Origin: a virus
DNA: 64,000 nucleotides
Strand: one strand, 5' to 3'
Virus record (IMG/VR): IMGVR_UViG_3300048854_000126
Span: 32,001-96,000 of that record
The number at the start of each line of letters is the position of its first letter. The first letter of the stretch is position 1. The position numbers and the translations under genes were made by a program. Below, piece after piece: positions 10,252 through 19,923 of this stretch. The notes beneath the pieces were generated by a model that did not search any database, was not told the DNA's origin, and was given only the letters and a program-made list of their open reading frames with translations.

Positions 10252-11243
10252 TGACGAACTACGCGCAGATTATCAACGACCGCCGACTCGCGTTCGGCCC
10301 ACGCAGCGACCTGATGGCGATCTCTCCCGCGAAGCACAAGTGGGCGCGCGACATGTGGAAGCGCATGAAGAGCAACAACTGGGACTTGCACGAGACGGAC
10401 CTGACCGAAGACGGCCCGTGCTACCGCACCCGCCTGACGGACGGCGAGCGCTTCGCCTACGACAGCGCGCTCTCGTTCGCATCGAACCTCGACGGCATTC
10501 AGCTGCACAGCCTGTCCAATATCGAGGCGTGCATTACCTCGCCGGAAGTCGAGATGTGCATTAAGCGCCAGATGTATGAGGAGGCGCTGCACGTCGATGC
10601 CTATAGCGAAATGGTCGAGACAGTATCCGCGGACCCGATGGCCGTCTACATGCGGTTCGAGCAAGACGGAATGCTCGCAGCAAAGAACGAGCACATCCTT
10701 GCCCAGTCGCGCATTCTTGCGGGTGACAAGACGCCCGCGCAGTTCGCCCGCTCGATCGTCGCCAACATCGCCCTTGAGGGCATCTATTTCTACAGCGCGT
10801 TCCTGGTGTTCTATGCGCTTGCGCGCAACGGGAAGATGACCGGCTCGGCCGACAGCGTGAAGCTGATCCATCGCGACGAGCGCACGCATCTGGACCTGTT
10901 CAAGAAGATGCACGAGACGAACAAGGCAGAGCGCCCGGAGCTCTACGACGCGCAGTTCTATCGCGACGCCGAATTCCTGCTGCGCGATGCGGTGGACCTC
11001 GAGTCGAAGTGGGGTGGCTACATCGTCAGCAAGGGCATGCTGGGGCTCACAGCGCCGATCGTCACGGGATTCCTGCAGGCGACTGCGAACGAACGCGCCG
11101 TCGAGATCGGGTTGCCGGTGCTTTACCCGGGCGTGAAGTCGCCGGTGCCGTGGTTCAAACCGTTCTCGGAAGGGGAGGAGGCTAACTTCTTCGAAGCCAA
11201 GGTCGGTGACTACGCGGTGGGCACGCTCGACGACTGGGATTAA
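10251..11243 (+). CDS. nrdB: Ribonucleotide reductase small subunit
   Basis: EEALHVDAY, LEGIYFYSAF, RDERTH diiron motifs; NFFE C-terminal motif. Confidence 0.93.
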   Translation: MTNYAQIINDRRLAFGPRSDLMAISPAKHKWARDMWKRMKSNNWDLHETDLTEDGPCYRTRLTDGERFAYDSALSFASNLDGIQLHSLSNIEACITSPEVEMCIKRQMYEEALHVDAYSEMVETVSADPMAVYMRFEQDGMLAAKNEHILAQSRILAGDKTPAQFARSIVANIALEGIYFYSAFLVFYALARNGKMTGSADSVKLIHRDERTHLDLFKKMHETNKAERPELYDAQFYRDAEFLLRDAVDLESKWGGYIVSKGMLGLTAPIVTGFLQATANERAVEIGLPVLYPGVKSPVPWFKPFSEGEEANFFEAKVGDYAVGTLDDWD

Positions 11244-11326
11244 TTGGACGTTAAGTAATAGTAACGAGTGACTATACTATGACTTAACCGCCCGATTTCG
11301 ACCGGGCGTTATCTGAGGGAGCAACG

Positions 11327-11518
11327 ATGAAGAGGAACCTGCTGTGCCTTTTGGGCGTGGCCGTGCTGACGGTGTTCGCCACGGTGGTGACCGGCTCATA
11401 CCGGAATGACGCCGTAGCAGCGTCGGTCGTGATCCCGCCGCACGTGCCCGTCACGCAGTCGGCACCGATGGTCCCGGTGCCGCGCGCCAACACATACGTG
11501 TATCGACCAGCGCATTAG
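11327..11518 (+). CDS. Small protein with N-terminal signal or membrane segment
   Basis: GAGGGAG RBS, hydrophobic N-terminus. Confidence 0.55.
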   Translation: MKRNLLCLLGVAVLTVFATVVTGSYRNDAVAASVVIPPHVPVTQSAPMVPVPRANTYVYRPAH

Positions 11519-11579
11519 TCGCGCCATGAGTCGGTGTTGAGATTTGAGGTCGGGCATCGCGCCCGACTGAATCAGAGAA

Positions 11580-11787
11580 GTCATTGAAGCCGCGCCGCAA
11601 GCAAATCCCCGGTAGTGCCCGCGTGACCGGATAAACGCGCACAAATGAAAGGGTAGTAGCTGGGCGGGCCTAGCAAACGCAGACGGTGAACACGTAGAAG
11701 CTGAACCTACGCTCTCCCGCGGTCCTTGTGACCGGCATCGTATATCTGCGATGGCGCCGGATCGTTCCCGGCAGCGGCCTCAATGAC
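11580..11787 (+). ncRNA. Candidate structured RNA with tRNA-like 3' end
   Basis: 13/14 bp terminal pairing 11580-11593 with 11774-11787; T-arm-like GCCGG-ATCGTTC-CCGGC; internal hairpins; no convincing ORF. Confidence 0.4.
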
Positions 11788-11808
11788 GTCTTTTTACGAG
11801 GAGAACCC

Positions 11809-12870
11809 ATGATCGAACTGAACGGAAAGGGCTGTCGCGTGCGCGTGATCGCCGACAGCATCGCAAATTTGCCCAATAACAAGGCGCGGATTAGCACGTT
11901 GGAGCTGCGCTACTGGCGTGCGATCCATGCCGAAGCAAAAACCCACCGCATCATCTCGCTGGGTGGCGAGGAATACGCGCTCACACAGGACGAGAGCATC
12001 ATGAGTGCCACCGAGCTCTCGCGCAACGCCAGCTCGTCCCGGGCTATCCCGGTTGCCAAGATGATCGAGCAGGTCCGGAATGACCCGGCCGGCCCGATTC
12101 ATTGGGGCGCAAACCAGCCTGGCATGCAGGCACAGGCAGAAGCTTCCGAGCGCGTCGTGCTGGAAGAGTATGAGCAGTTCGACAACCCATCGGACCAGCC
12201 GCTGCATCTGCTCGGCGCGGTTGAATACACCCCGCAAGAGGCGTGGCGTCAAGCTGCGTATCGCGCGGCCGACGTCGCTGAAGCCTACATGAAGGCCGGC
12301 TACCACAAGCAGGTGGTTAATCGGTTGCTCGAGCCGTTCCAATACATCAGCGTGATCGTCACAGCAACGGAATGGGACAACTTCTTCGCGCTTCGCGATC
12401 ACGCCGACGCCCAGCCTGAGATCGCGGACCTCGCACGGACCATGAAGGCGGCGTTGGCCAAGTCCACGCCGATCAAGCGCAATAACGACCGGGGCGACCC
12501 CAACAGCTGGCACTTGCCGTATGTGCTCGACAGCGAGCGCAAGCGCTATCGCGTGGACGTGTTGCAGGCCCTCTCGACGGCCCGTAACGCCCGCGTGTCG
12601 TATCTCACCCATGACGGGGCAGAGCCGCGTCCGGAGAAGGACCTGGAGCTCTACGAACGTCTGGTCGGCGCAGAGCCGCTGCACGCGAGCCCGACCGAAC
12701 ACATCGCGGCACCGCTCGCGCGCGGCGACGAGCAGCACAAGAACTTCAAGGGCTGGCACCAGTATCGCGGTGACGTGGAGATTCGCATCGCCCGCGCAAA
12801 GAAGTCCGCGCCGACGTTCTACTTCGACACCTATCGGCCTGAAGAAGCGCCGTTCGCAGTTCGCGCGTAA
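11809..12870 (+). CDS. thyX: FAD-dependent thymidylate synthase, phage type
   Basis: THR..S and RNASSSRAIP, HKQVVNRLLEP, LRDHADAQPEI, HASPTEH; GAGGAG RBS before 11809. Confidence 0.85.
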   Translation: MIELNGKGCRVRVIADSIANLPNNKARISTLELRYWRAIHAEAKTHRIISLGGEEYALTQDESIMSATELSRNASSSRAIPVAKMIEQVRNDPAGPIHWGANQPGMQAQAEASERVVLEEYEQFDNPSDQPLHLLGAVEYTPQEAWRQAAYRAADVAEAYMKAGYHKQVVNRLLEPFQYISVIVTATEWDNFFALRDHADAQPEIADLARTMKAALAKSTPIKRNNDRGDPNSWHLPYVLDSERKRYRVDVLQALSTARNARVSYLTHDGAEPRPEKDLELYERLVGAEPLHASPTEHIAAPLARGDEQHKNFKGWHQYRGDVEIRIARAKKSAPTFYFDTYRPEEAPFAVRA

Positions 12871-12941
12871 CAAGCAAGCTGCCTGACTATAATAAATAGT
12901 AAGCAGTGACCTATATACAGCAGTCTTAACGAGGAGTTTTC

Positions 12942-13619
12942 ATGACGAAAGTAGCAAACACGATGGATTCAACGACCTACGCTCGCGCGGTTCTCGAAAC
13001 GGAATCGAAACCGAAATCGATCAACTTCGGACCCATGACGCTCGCGCTGGCGTTGCAGCTGGCGATCGAGACGAGCAAGGTGCTGGATCAGGTCAAGCGG
13101 GCGATCTACTACGGCAAGGATATCGACCAGAAAATCGCCATGGGCGCACTGGAAACGATCGCCAAGCTCTCGAATGACATCGCGTTCCCGGTCGGCAGCG
13201 GTCGCTATCGCGACCCGCGCGATGCCGACTTCTACCCGAATGTGGCGCAGGAGAGCCGTCAAAACATTTCCCTGGATGCGCTGAACGTTCGCCTGTTGCA
13301 CGCGGCCCTCGGCTTGCAGACCGAATCGGGCGAGTTCATCGAAGCGCTGATGCCGACGCTGTTCGGCGGCCCGCTCGACAAGGTGAACCTGCTGGAAGAA
13401 CTGGGCGATGGCCCGGGCTGGTATGCGGAAGTGGCGCTCGATGAGCTCGGCTTCACCCGCGAGCAGTGCAACTTCACGAATATCAAGAAGCTGCAGGACA
13501 AGAGGAACGGCCGCTACAAGAAGGGTGCATTCGATCCGAACGCTGCCGTCCAGCGTGACACGGCCGCCGAGCGTGGTCTGTTGGAAGACGGCGCGTCCAG
13601 CGAGCGCAAGGCTGCCTGA
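12942..13619 (+). CDS. MazG-like nucleotide pyrophosphohydrolase
   Basis: LLHAALGLQTESGE ... NLLEELGD ... NIKKL. Confidence 0.8.
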   Translation: MTKVANTMDSTTYARAVLETESKPKSINFGPMTLALALQLAIETSKVLDQVKRAIYYGKDIDQKIAMGALETIAKLSNDIAFPVGSGRYRDPRDADFYPNVAQESRQNISLDALNVRLLHAALGLQTESGEFIEALMPTLFGGPLDKVNLLEELGDGPGWYAEVALDELGFTREQCNFTNIKKLQDKRNGRYKKGAFDPNAAVQRDTAAERGLLEDGASSERKAA

Positions 13620-14245
13620 TGCTTGGCCTCTGCGGACCCCACCGAACGGGAAAGAGCACGCTCGCAAAGGCGTTCGCAGAAGCTACCGGCACACGGTATG
13701 TGCAAACCGGGGCTTCCGCAACGTTCGCGCGACTCGGTTTCGACCCGAAGAAGGACTACGACTTCGCGACGCGGCTCAAGATCCAGCGCGAGATTCTGCG
13801 TGACTGCAATGCGCTCTACGAGAAGGCAGGGGTGCGGTTCATTACTGATCGCACGCCGATCGACTTGCTGGGCTATACGCTCGCTGACGTGACGCGCGAA
13901 AACGTCCCGCTTGCGCTCGCGGCCGGTCTGGATAGCTACATCGCCGAGTGCTACGCGTGTGTGAACCAGCATTTCACCACGCTGGTCCTGGTCCAGCCCG
14001 GTATTCCGCTGGTCGAGGCGGAAGGGAAGGCTCCGGCCAACCCTGCCTACATCGAGCACTTGAACGCCCTGATGCTGGGCTTGATGGCAGCCGAGCCGCT
14101 CGAGTGCGACCACTACAAGATTCCTCGTGCCTGCATTGACCTGGATCTTCGAGTGGCGGCGGTCGGGCAAGCGGCGAGCCGGTCTGCGTCACGCCATGTG
14201 GCGTCGATGGCAGCGGCGCACGAAGCAGGGCTTGTGCTGCATTAA
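13619..14245 (+). CDS. P-loop nucleotide kinase (dNMP kinase/AAA_28-like)
   Basis: GPHRTGKST, ITDRTPID. Confidence 0.75.
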   Translation: MLGLCGPHRTGKSTLAKAFAEATGTRYVQTGASATFARLGFDPKKDYDFATRLKIQREILRDCNALYEKAGVRFITDRTPIDLLGYTLADVTRENVPLALAAGLDSYIAECYACVNQHFTTLVLVQPGIPLVEAEGKAPANPAYIEHLNALMLGLMAAEPLECDHYKIPRACIDLDLRVAAVGQAASRSASRHVASMAAAHEAGLVLH

Positions 14246-14350
14246 ATCCGTAGGATAAAATAAGTCATCGCTGACTATTGCCGATAAGAGAGAACTACAC
14301 TTCAAGGTGTCGGTTCTCTCTTTAAATTCAATTACATACAGGACGTCACC

Positions 14351-14971
14351 ATGACGACAAACGTAAAGCTGAGCAATCATGCCCGCGACCGTATCATCGA
14401 AAACGCCTTGCGTGGCGCATTCGATAAGGAAACGCAGGCGCACAAGAAGCGCATGGTCAAACTCGCCGACCAGTGCTACCGCTTCGTCGTAACCGCGGCA
14501 CAGGAAAAGCAAGCGCGCTTGGCGCCGGACGATTTCCTGAACCTGTCCAACGTAACGAAGATTTACTTTAAAGACCCCGTGACCGGTTATAACCGCGACA
14601 CCGTATATGAGACGGACCTTTCACGCGCGGTGCCTTTTCCAGGGCGCGGCAACTATCTGAACGTCAATGACGATGCATTGCACGCGGAATACCGGGCAAT
14701 CATGGAAGCGAAATCCAACCTGGACAACAAACTCGGCGAGCTGAAGACGAGCCTCAAGCGCACGGTCTATTCGACGACATCGCTCAAGAAGCTGATCGAG
14801 ATGTGGCCCGAGGTCGAAGCGTTCCTGCCGGCTGACCTTACCGCGCCGAAGGCAATGCTGCCCGCTCTGCCAGTCGGTGACCTGAACGCAGCACTTCGTA
14901 ACGCCGGCATCAAGGTCGGCGTTATAAAGCCCGCGAAAGCAACGGGCGGCTTAGTTCTCGTCGCAGCATGA
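14351..14971 (+). CDS. Nmad5-like (nucleotide modification-associated domain 5) protein
   Basis: KLSN..RDRIIENAL start and TSLKKLIEMWPE..LPAL..LN end resemble the family. Confidence 0.55.
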   Translation: MTTNVKLSNHARDRIIENALRGAFDKETQAHKKRMVKLADQCYRFVVTAAQEKQARLAPDDFLNLSNVTKIYFKDPVTGYNRDTVYETDLSRAVPFPGRGNYLNVNDDALHAEYRAIMEAKSNLDNKLGELKTSLKRTVYSTTSLKKLIEMWPEVEAFLPADLTAPKAMLPALPVGDLNAALRNAGIKVGVIKPAKATGGLVLVAA

Positions 14972-15432
14972 CACCCGAACAACTCGACGCGCTTCAGGCG
15001 CTGGAAAGCGAACCCCCGAGCATGCGTGAGGAGCTCGAGCGCAAGGTCGCCGAAGAGATCGAGCGTGTCTATCTGGCCGCACGCGCCGGGAAGATCACCT
15101 CGTATGGCTACCACCAGGCTTTGCAAGGGCTCTGGGGCGGCGTAGCGGGGCTCGTGAGCCGGGAGTCGATGGAGATCATCACCGCGTCCCAGAAAGAGTT
15201 TCCGGGTGGCCTCACGGAGAAACGACGCGCCGCGTTCATTCTCGGCGAAGTCACCGCTGTGGTGTCGTGGGAAGTGGGCACCACCACGATCGAGACGGCA
15301 CTCAAAAAGCCGGGTTCGCCCGCAGTTGTCCAGAAGACAAAGATGGAAGACGACTCGGCCGCGTCCGCGCTCGTTCACTTCCTCAAAACCACGAAACGTT
15401 TCCGCGACATGCCGGGTGCGCAAGAAGTGTGA
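14968..15432 (+). CDS. Hypothetical protein
   Basis: ATGA overlap. Confidence 0.65.
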   Translation: MTPEQLDALQALESEPPSMREELERKVAEEIERVYLAARAGKITSYGYHQALQGLWGGVAGLVSRESMEIITASQKEFPGGLTEKRRAAFILGEVTAVVSWEVGTTTIETALKKPGSPAVVQKTKMEDDSAASALVHFLKTTKRFRDMPGAQEV

Positions 15433-15498
15433 TTCCGAGCTTTTTGCGTGACTATACTAAATAGTAACCCGTGACTTATTAACAACATTTGAGGGACC

Positions 15499-15963
15499 AT
15501 GAGCACCATTTCAGCCATTCGACTCGACGTCGCCAATCTCGTGAAACGCGCAAACGAAATCCAGATCGTGCGCGATGAAGACTTGCTCTACACGATCCTG
15601 GGCGAGTTGCAGAACAAGAGCGACGACCAGAAACAGGCGATCTTCGCGCAGTCCCGCAAGGGCGGTGGGGTAGTCCTCTTCGAGAGCGCGAACTTCCCCG
15701 GCAACATCGTTGAATACATTCCCGGCGTGCTGGAAACGGACAGCATCTCGTGTCTGTTCAAGCCGCACGCGGCGCTGGCGAGCGCCGGCACGCTGCTGAA
15801 GCTGCGCGAAGAGCTCGTTTCCGAGATTGAGCGTGTGAACGACGCTGCACCCGGCAACCTGCGCAAGCAAGACCCGGCCCGCAACCGCGCCGTGCTGCTC
15901 ATCGAGATGTCCACGCTGCAGCTGGCTGACACGCTCGCCGAAACCGGCCGCGTGAAGCTGTAA
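15499..15963 (+). CDS. Hypothetical protein
   Basis: GAGGG RBS, follows a palindromic motif. Confidence 0.7.
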   Translation: MSTISAIRLDVANLVKRANEIQIVRDEDLLYTILGELQNKSDDQKQAIFAQSRKGGGVVLFESANFPGNIVEYIPGVLETDSISCLFKPHAALASAGTLLKLREELVSEIERVNDAAPGNLRKQDPARNRAVLLIEMSTLQLADTLAETGRVKL

Positions 15964-16032
15964 AGCCTCAAAACCTAAAGATCCCCGCCAGCGGGGAACC
16001 CCTTTTTCGTTACCTATAAGGATCTACCACTC

Positions 16033-16335
16033 ATGACCGCCGCACTGAAGCGCATCGTTGTCGCCTCCTACCAGACCACCGATGGCAAAACCTTCGACAA
16101 GAAGGAAGACGCCACCAAGCACCAGGCGGCGCTGGCCCGTCAAGCCAAGATCGAAGAGCTCGTTGCTGGTCAGTTCCAGCACAGCCCGGACTCGCAGCGC
16201 TATCTCGACGCGGCCACGGTCGGCGACGTCGCGCTCTTCATCATCGAAAACGCGGACGCACTGCGCGAGATCCTCCCGAAGCGCGCGAAGTCGGCCGAGC
16301 CGGCGGAGGCAGTCGCATCGCTCGCTGCCGCGTAA
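16033..16335 (+). CDS. Hypothetical protein
   Basis: YQTTDGKTFD motif common in small phage proteins; AAGGA RBS. Confidence 0.7.
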   Translation: MTAALKRIVVASYQTTDGKTFDKKEDATKHQAALARQAKIEELVAGQFQHSPDSQRYLDAATVGDVALFIIENADALREILPKRAKSAEPAEAVASLAAA

Positions 16336-16345
16336 CACCCGATGT

Positions 16346-16379
16346 ATCCACCCGACCGCCGATGCGCGGTCGGGAGAAT
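16346..16379 (+). promoter_or_regulatory. ATCC-N24(hairpin)-GAGAAT element, putative promoter
   Basis: Stem CCCGACCGC/GCGGTCGGG in exact 24-nt spacer; one of 7 copies. Confidence 0.6.
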
Positions 16380-16420
16380 GACTCAATCGGTTGCACGACA
16401 ACCATCATCGCGAGCACATC

Positions 16421-16831
16421 ATGCCGACACCAAATTTTGAATTGCTTAAAGACGCCTACGCGATCATCGACGGCATCCCGGACGAGAACGTCAACCTTAA
16501 TAGCTGGCGCAGAACCGATCGCGGTGCCACATGCGGGACGATTGCCTGCGCCGCCGGTTGGCTCTCGCTGCACCCGCAGTTCAAGGCGCTCGGCCTGAGA
16601 TACGACAAGGGTGGGGAAAACATCGTTTTGGACCAAAGTGTTCACTCCGGCTGGGACGCACTCGCACAAGTGTTTTCGCTAACAAATAGCGATGCGCAAC
16701 ACCTCTTCAAAGGTGCTTACCTTGAACCTGTCCACACACATCGTGAGATATTCCTCGAGCGCGTGCGGACCTTTCTGTCCGATCATGGTCAGTTGAAAGA
16801 GCAACTCGCCGAGGTGCAGCATGCGTCCTAA
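16421..16831 (+). CDS. Hypothetical protein with CGTIACAAGW motif (paralog 1)
   Basis: Clear similarity to next ORF. Confidence 0.75.
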   Translation: MPTPNFELLKDAYAIIDGIPDENVNLNSWRRTDRGATCGTIACAAGWLSLHPQFKALGLRYDKGGENIVLDQSVHSGWDALAQVFSLTNSDAQHLFKGAYLEPVHTHREIFLERVRTFLSDHGQLKEQLAEVQHAS

Positions 16832-17267
16832 TTTCGAGCGTCTGCGCGACGCGTTCGCCATCATCGACGGGATTCCGAAGAAGGCATTCGATCTCGATAT
16901 GTGGGTGTCACAACGCGGCAAAAACAAATCGTGCGGCACGATTGCATGTGCTGCGGGTTGGCTCGCAATGCACCCAAAGATGAATGGATTCGGGCTGACG
17001 AACAGCATGGGTGGCGCACCAGAATTCAAGGGATTAACCAGCTTCGCCGCACTGCGAGAGTTTTTCCACCTCAATTACCGTGAGGGTGATTTGTTCGAGG
17101 CGGCCGGGTCCGGCTATGCGGACAACGAGCTCCCGAAACACGTCCGTGTTGCGCTGTCTGACAAACAGTTGTGGAAGCGCCGCGTGCTACGTTTGTTCCA
17201 GGCATACAACGAGCCGTTCGACCCAAAGGTTGGCGAGGGCCTGCTGCTGGACGTCAGGGGCGCCTGA
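16821..17267 (+). CDS. Hypothetical protein with CGTIACAAGW motif (paralog 2)
   Basis: PNFE.L.DA.AIIDGIP and CGTIACAAGWL shared with previous ORF. Confidence 0.75.
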   Translation: MRPNFERLRDAFAIIDGIPKKAFDLDMWVSQRGKNKSCGTIACAAGWLAMHPKMNGFGLTNSMGGAPEFKGLTSFAALREFFHLNYREGDLFEAAGSGYADNELPKHVRVALSDKQLWKRRVLRLFQAYNEPFDPKVGEGLLLDVRGA

Positions 17268-17268
17268 T

Positions 17269-17730
17269 ATGACAGCGCTCCACATTCCCCACCTTGGCGC
17301 CGCGCTGACTCTTGCGGAGGATTGGACGTTCCGGCTGTTCGAAGAGCACCGGAATTCCCCGCTGATCGAGGCGGTCGGCATTACGCACGCATACCGGCTG
17401 CTGCCGGACTTCTGGAGCGGGCCGAGCGCCACGCGTCAAGAGGCAATAGCAAAGTCAAAGTGGCGCCTGGCTGATGGCTCGATACCGACATTTGCTGATC
17501 GGTATCTGAGCGGCGACCTTCAGCATCCTTTGACGCTGCCCGCCGGCGCGCTCCTCACAATCGATCGCATCTTCATTCGCAAGGGCGCCGCCCACTTCGA
17601 TAGCGTGACGTTCTGGCTGAAAGCGAAGCAGGTGCCCATCACGATCAACGGCCGGCTGGTGAAGAAGAGCGCGCGCTTCTGGGCGAAGCTGGATGACGTG
17701 AACACGATCCAGTTCGTGGAGGGCGAATGA
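17269..17730 (+). CDS. Hypothetical protein
   Basis: ATG after upstream stop; coupled to next ORF. Confidence 0.65.
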   Translation: MTALHIPHLGAALTLAEDWTFRLFEEHRNSPLIEAVGITHAYRLLPDFWSGPSATRQEAIAKSKWRLADGSIPTFADRYLSGDLQHPLTLPAGALLTIDRIFIRKGAAHFDSVTFWLKAKQVPITINGRLVKKSARFWAKLDDVNTIQFVEGE

Positions 17731-17954
17731 ACACCAAGCCCACAATAGGGCAGCGCGTCTGCCTGAACAACACAGGATACGACCGCTTGTGGCTACGCTC
17801 TAGGGAAGCCATCAAGCAATCACAAAACATGAGGATCACGGACGTCGAGAACATCAACGCCGGAACGGGTTCCGAGCCGATCTGGATGATCGAGGTCGAT
17901 CAGCCGCTGATCGACTTCTTCCTGCTCGATTCCTCAATGGTCGATCCGATTTAG
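17727..17954 (+). CDS. Hypothetical protein
   Basis: GGAGGG RBS, ATGA overlap. Confidence 0.6.
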   Translation: MNTKPTIGQRVCLNNTGYDRLWLRSREAIKQSQNMRITDVENINAGTGSEPIWMIEVDQPLIDFFLLDSSMVDPI

Positions 17955-18445
17955 CGCAGTTTGTCGAGCACGTCACCCGCTTCACACGCGGCCTCGTCCA
18001 CGTCAACGGTGAAGCGCGTGATCTCGTCGACGGGCCACTTCATATCGCTGATGGGTTTTGGTTTGTCTTCGACAACGGGTCTTGTTGTGCGCCCTTGATA
18101 GTTCAGGATCTGATCGCCGTTTGTGTCAGTAGAGGGGTGAGCGTGGATCAGGGCGTTTCGCTGCTCGACGAGAGCCGTGAAGGACGCGTGGACCGCAGTC
18201 AGTTCGTCTTTCGAGACAAATTGGAAACTCGTCTGCTGGTCGTTAATAACGCTCTCCAGACGCTCGGCAACTTTGCCCGACGTGATCGGCTTGCCCCGCG
18301 AATAGGTCGATACAAAACCGGGCTGCAGGTAGTCGATGATGTAGATGATGGTCCACTCGTAATAGGCGAATAGATAGATAGCTGTCCCGAGACGGGCTGT
18401 GTAGCCCGGATCGAAGGGCACGCGGAGTTGTAGGTCTTGTGCCAT
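17951..18445 (-). CDS. Moron with HEPN-like RxxxxH motif
   Basis: Opposite strand to neighbours, lower GC, RNALIH, GAGG RBS. Confidence 0.55.
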   Translation of the reverse strand: MAQDLQLRVPFDPGYTARLGTAIYLFAYYEWTIIYIIDYLQPGFVSTYSRGKPITSGKVAERLESVINDQQTSFQFVSKDELTAVHASFTALVEQRNALIHAHPSTDTNGDQILNYQGRTTRPVVEDKPKPISDMKWPVDEITRFTVDVDEAACEAGDVLDKLR

Positions 18446-18578
18446 GTGGCACCTCATTGCAGTTAAAGAGCGGCAATCCTAGCTGGTTGCTTCGCGAGAC
18501 ACAAACAACAGTATGTAAACCCGGTCCATGTTGCGGTGACTATAATTAGTAACAGATTAGTAATCATTCGAGGGAAGC

Positions 18579-19154
18579 ATGACCATTATCAGCGGCGTGG
18601 ACATAGAGACGACCGGGCTCGACCAGACGGCAGGGCATCGCATCATCGAAGTCGGTGCGCTCCTGTTCGAGCTCGAGTCCGCAAAGTTCCTGGGCAAATA
18701 CGTCCAGCGCATCAATCCCCAGCGTCCGATCGACCCGGCGGCGCAAGCGGTGCACGGGATCACGTTCGACATGCTCGCGCACGAGCCGACGTGGGAACAG
18801 GTCGCGCCGAACGTTCACCGTGTGCTGACCGCTGCCCGGTTCATGGCGGGGCACAACGTGCGCGGCTTCGACTGGCCATTCCTCGCGGGCGAGTTCCAGC
18901 GCATTGGTATGTCGGTGCCGGAGATCGAGCTCATCGACACGATGGAGGAGGGCCGCTGGGCCACGCCGCTGGGCAAGCTGCCCAATCTTGGCGAGTTGTG
19001 TTTTGCGTGCGGAATCGACTACGACCCATCCAAAGCGCACGGCGCCGAATACGACATTGACGTGAACATGAAAGCCTACTTCGCTGCCCGCGCGCAAGGG
19101 TTCTTCGGACCCGCGATCGTGCAGCCTGTTCCCCTCATTCTGGAGGCAGCATGA
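18579..19154 (+). CDS. DEDDh 3'-5' exonuclease (DnaQ/epsilon-like)
   Basis: DIETTG, HN..FD, AHGAEYD. Confidence 0.9.
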   Translation: MTIISGVDIETTGLDQTAGHRIIEVGALLFELESAKFLGKYVQRINPQRPIDPAAQAVHGITFDMLAHEPTWEQVAPNVHRVLTAARFMAGHNVRGFDWPFLAGEFQRIGMSVPEIELIDTMEEGRWATPLGKLPNLGELCFACGIDYDPSKAHGAEYDIDVNMKAYFAARAQGFFGPAIVQPVPLILEAA

Positions 19155-19522
19155 GCGACTTCAACTTCGATCTGGAATTCGCGCGCTCCGGCGCACCTGA
19201 TGCCTGCCGACCGTGGCCGCACAGCGGTAAGGAGTTCATCGCGTTCTTCGCGGTGCTGCCCGAGGACGCGGGCGACGACGGCCAACGCGTGTGGTGGCTC
19301 AACCCGCCCGACTGCGTTCAGGAGGTCATGTCTGACTACGGGACGATTGGCGTTGTGTCTGATGAGCTTTTTCGCGTCTCCGAGTGCATTGAGCTCCAGA
19401 CCGCCGGGCTCTACCGCGCAAAGCTCGCCTTCTTCACCGAGTGCAGCACCGATTACGAAAGCGGCCACGAAGAGTGCGATTACGGCTTCTCCATCATCAC
19501 CACTGAAAAGGTGCCGACATGA
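19151..19522 (+). CDS. Acidic hypothetical protein
   Basis: GGAGG RBS, ATGA overlap. Confidence 0.65.
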   Translation: MSDFNFDLEFARSGAPDACRPWPHSGKEFIAFFAVLPEDAGDDGQRVWWLNPPDCVQEVMSDYGTIGVVSDELFRVSECIELQTAGLYRAKLAFFTECSTDYESGHEECDYGFSIITTEKVPT

Positions 19523-19923
19523 GCGCGATCAAGGTGGACCACCCGGCGTTCGATCGAACGATAGACATTCTCGTGCCGGGCAAACACATCGTTTGCTTCA
19601 AAGTGCCGAAGGTAGTCCCTACCGACGCCGCGAAAGCGTTCGTCGAAGCCTATTCCGCGCTTGTCGACAAGTTCGCAGCGGACCTCGCAGCAATTCCCGG
19701 CGCGTCAGCCGCGCGGGAGTTTGGCGGGCATGTTACTCGGCCAAGCAAGACGTGGCTCTATGCGAAGCCGGCTGCGGAGCAATTCAACGATGACGAAATC
19801 GCTGAGATGAAGGCAGCAACGCTCGCGGCTTTCCCTGATGGTCGGATTGCCGGCGAATGGCACAACCAATCGAGCGGGTGGCCGGGCTACTCGATTCAAA
19901 TCGCTCACGGAGATACGGCATGA
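19519..19923 (+). CDS. Hypothetical protein
   Basis: Coupled ORF. Confidence 0.6.
   Translation: MSAIKVDHPAFDRTIDILVPGKHIVCFKVPKVVPTDAAKAFVEAYSALVDKFAADLAAIPGASAAREFGGHVTRPSKTWLYAKPAAEQFNDDEIAEMKAATLAAFPDGRIAGEWHNQSSGWPGYSIQIAHGDTA

Noticed and set aside
11588-11782. Canonical tRNA or tmRNA
   Set aside because: No TTC T-loop, D-arm, anticodon arm or clear tag reading frame; kept only as candidate ncRNA
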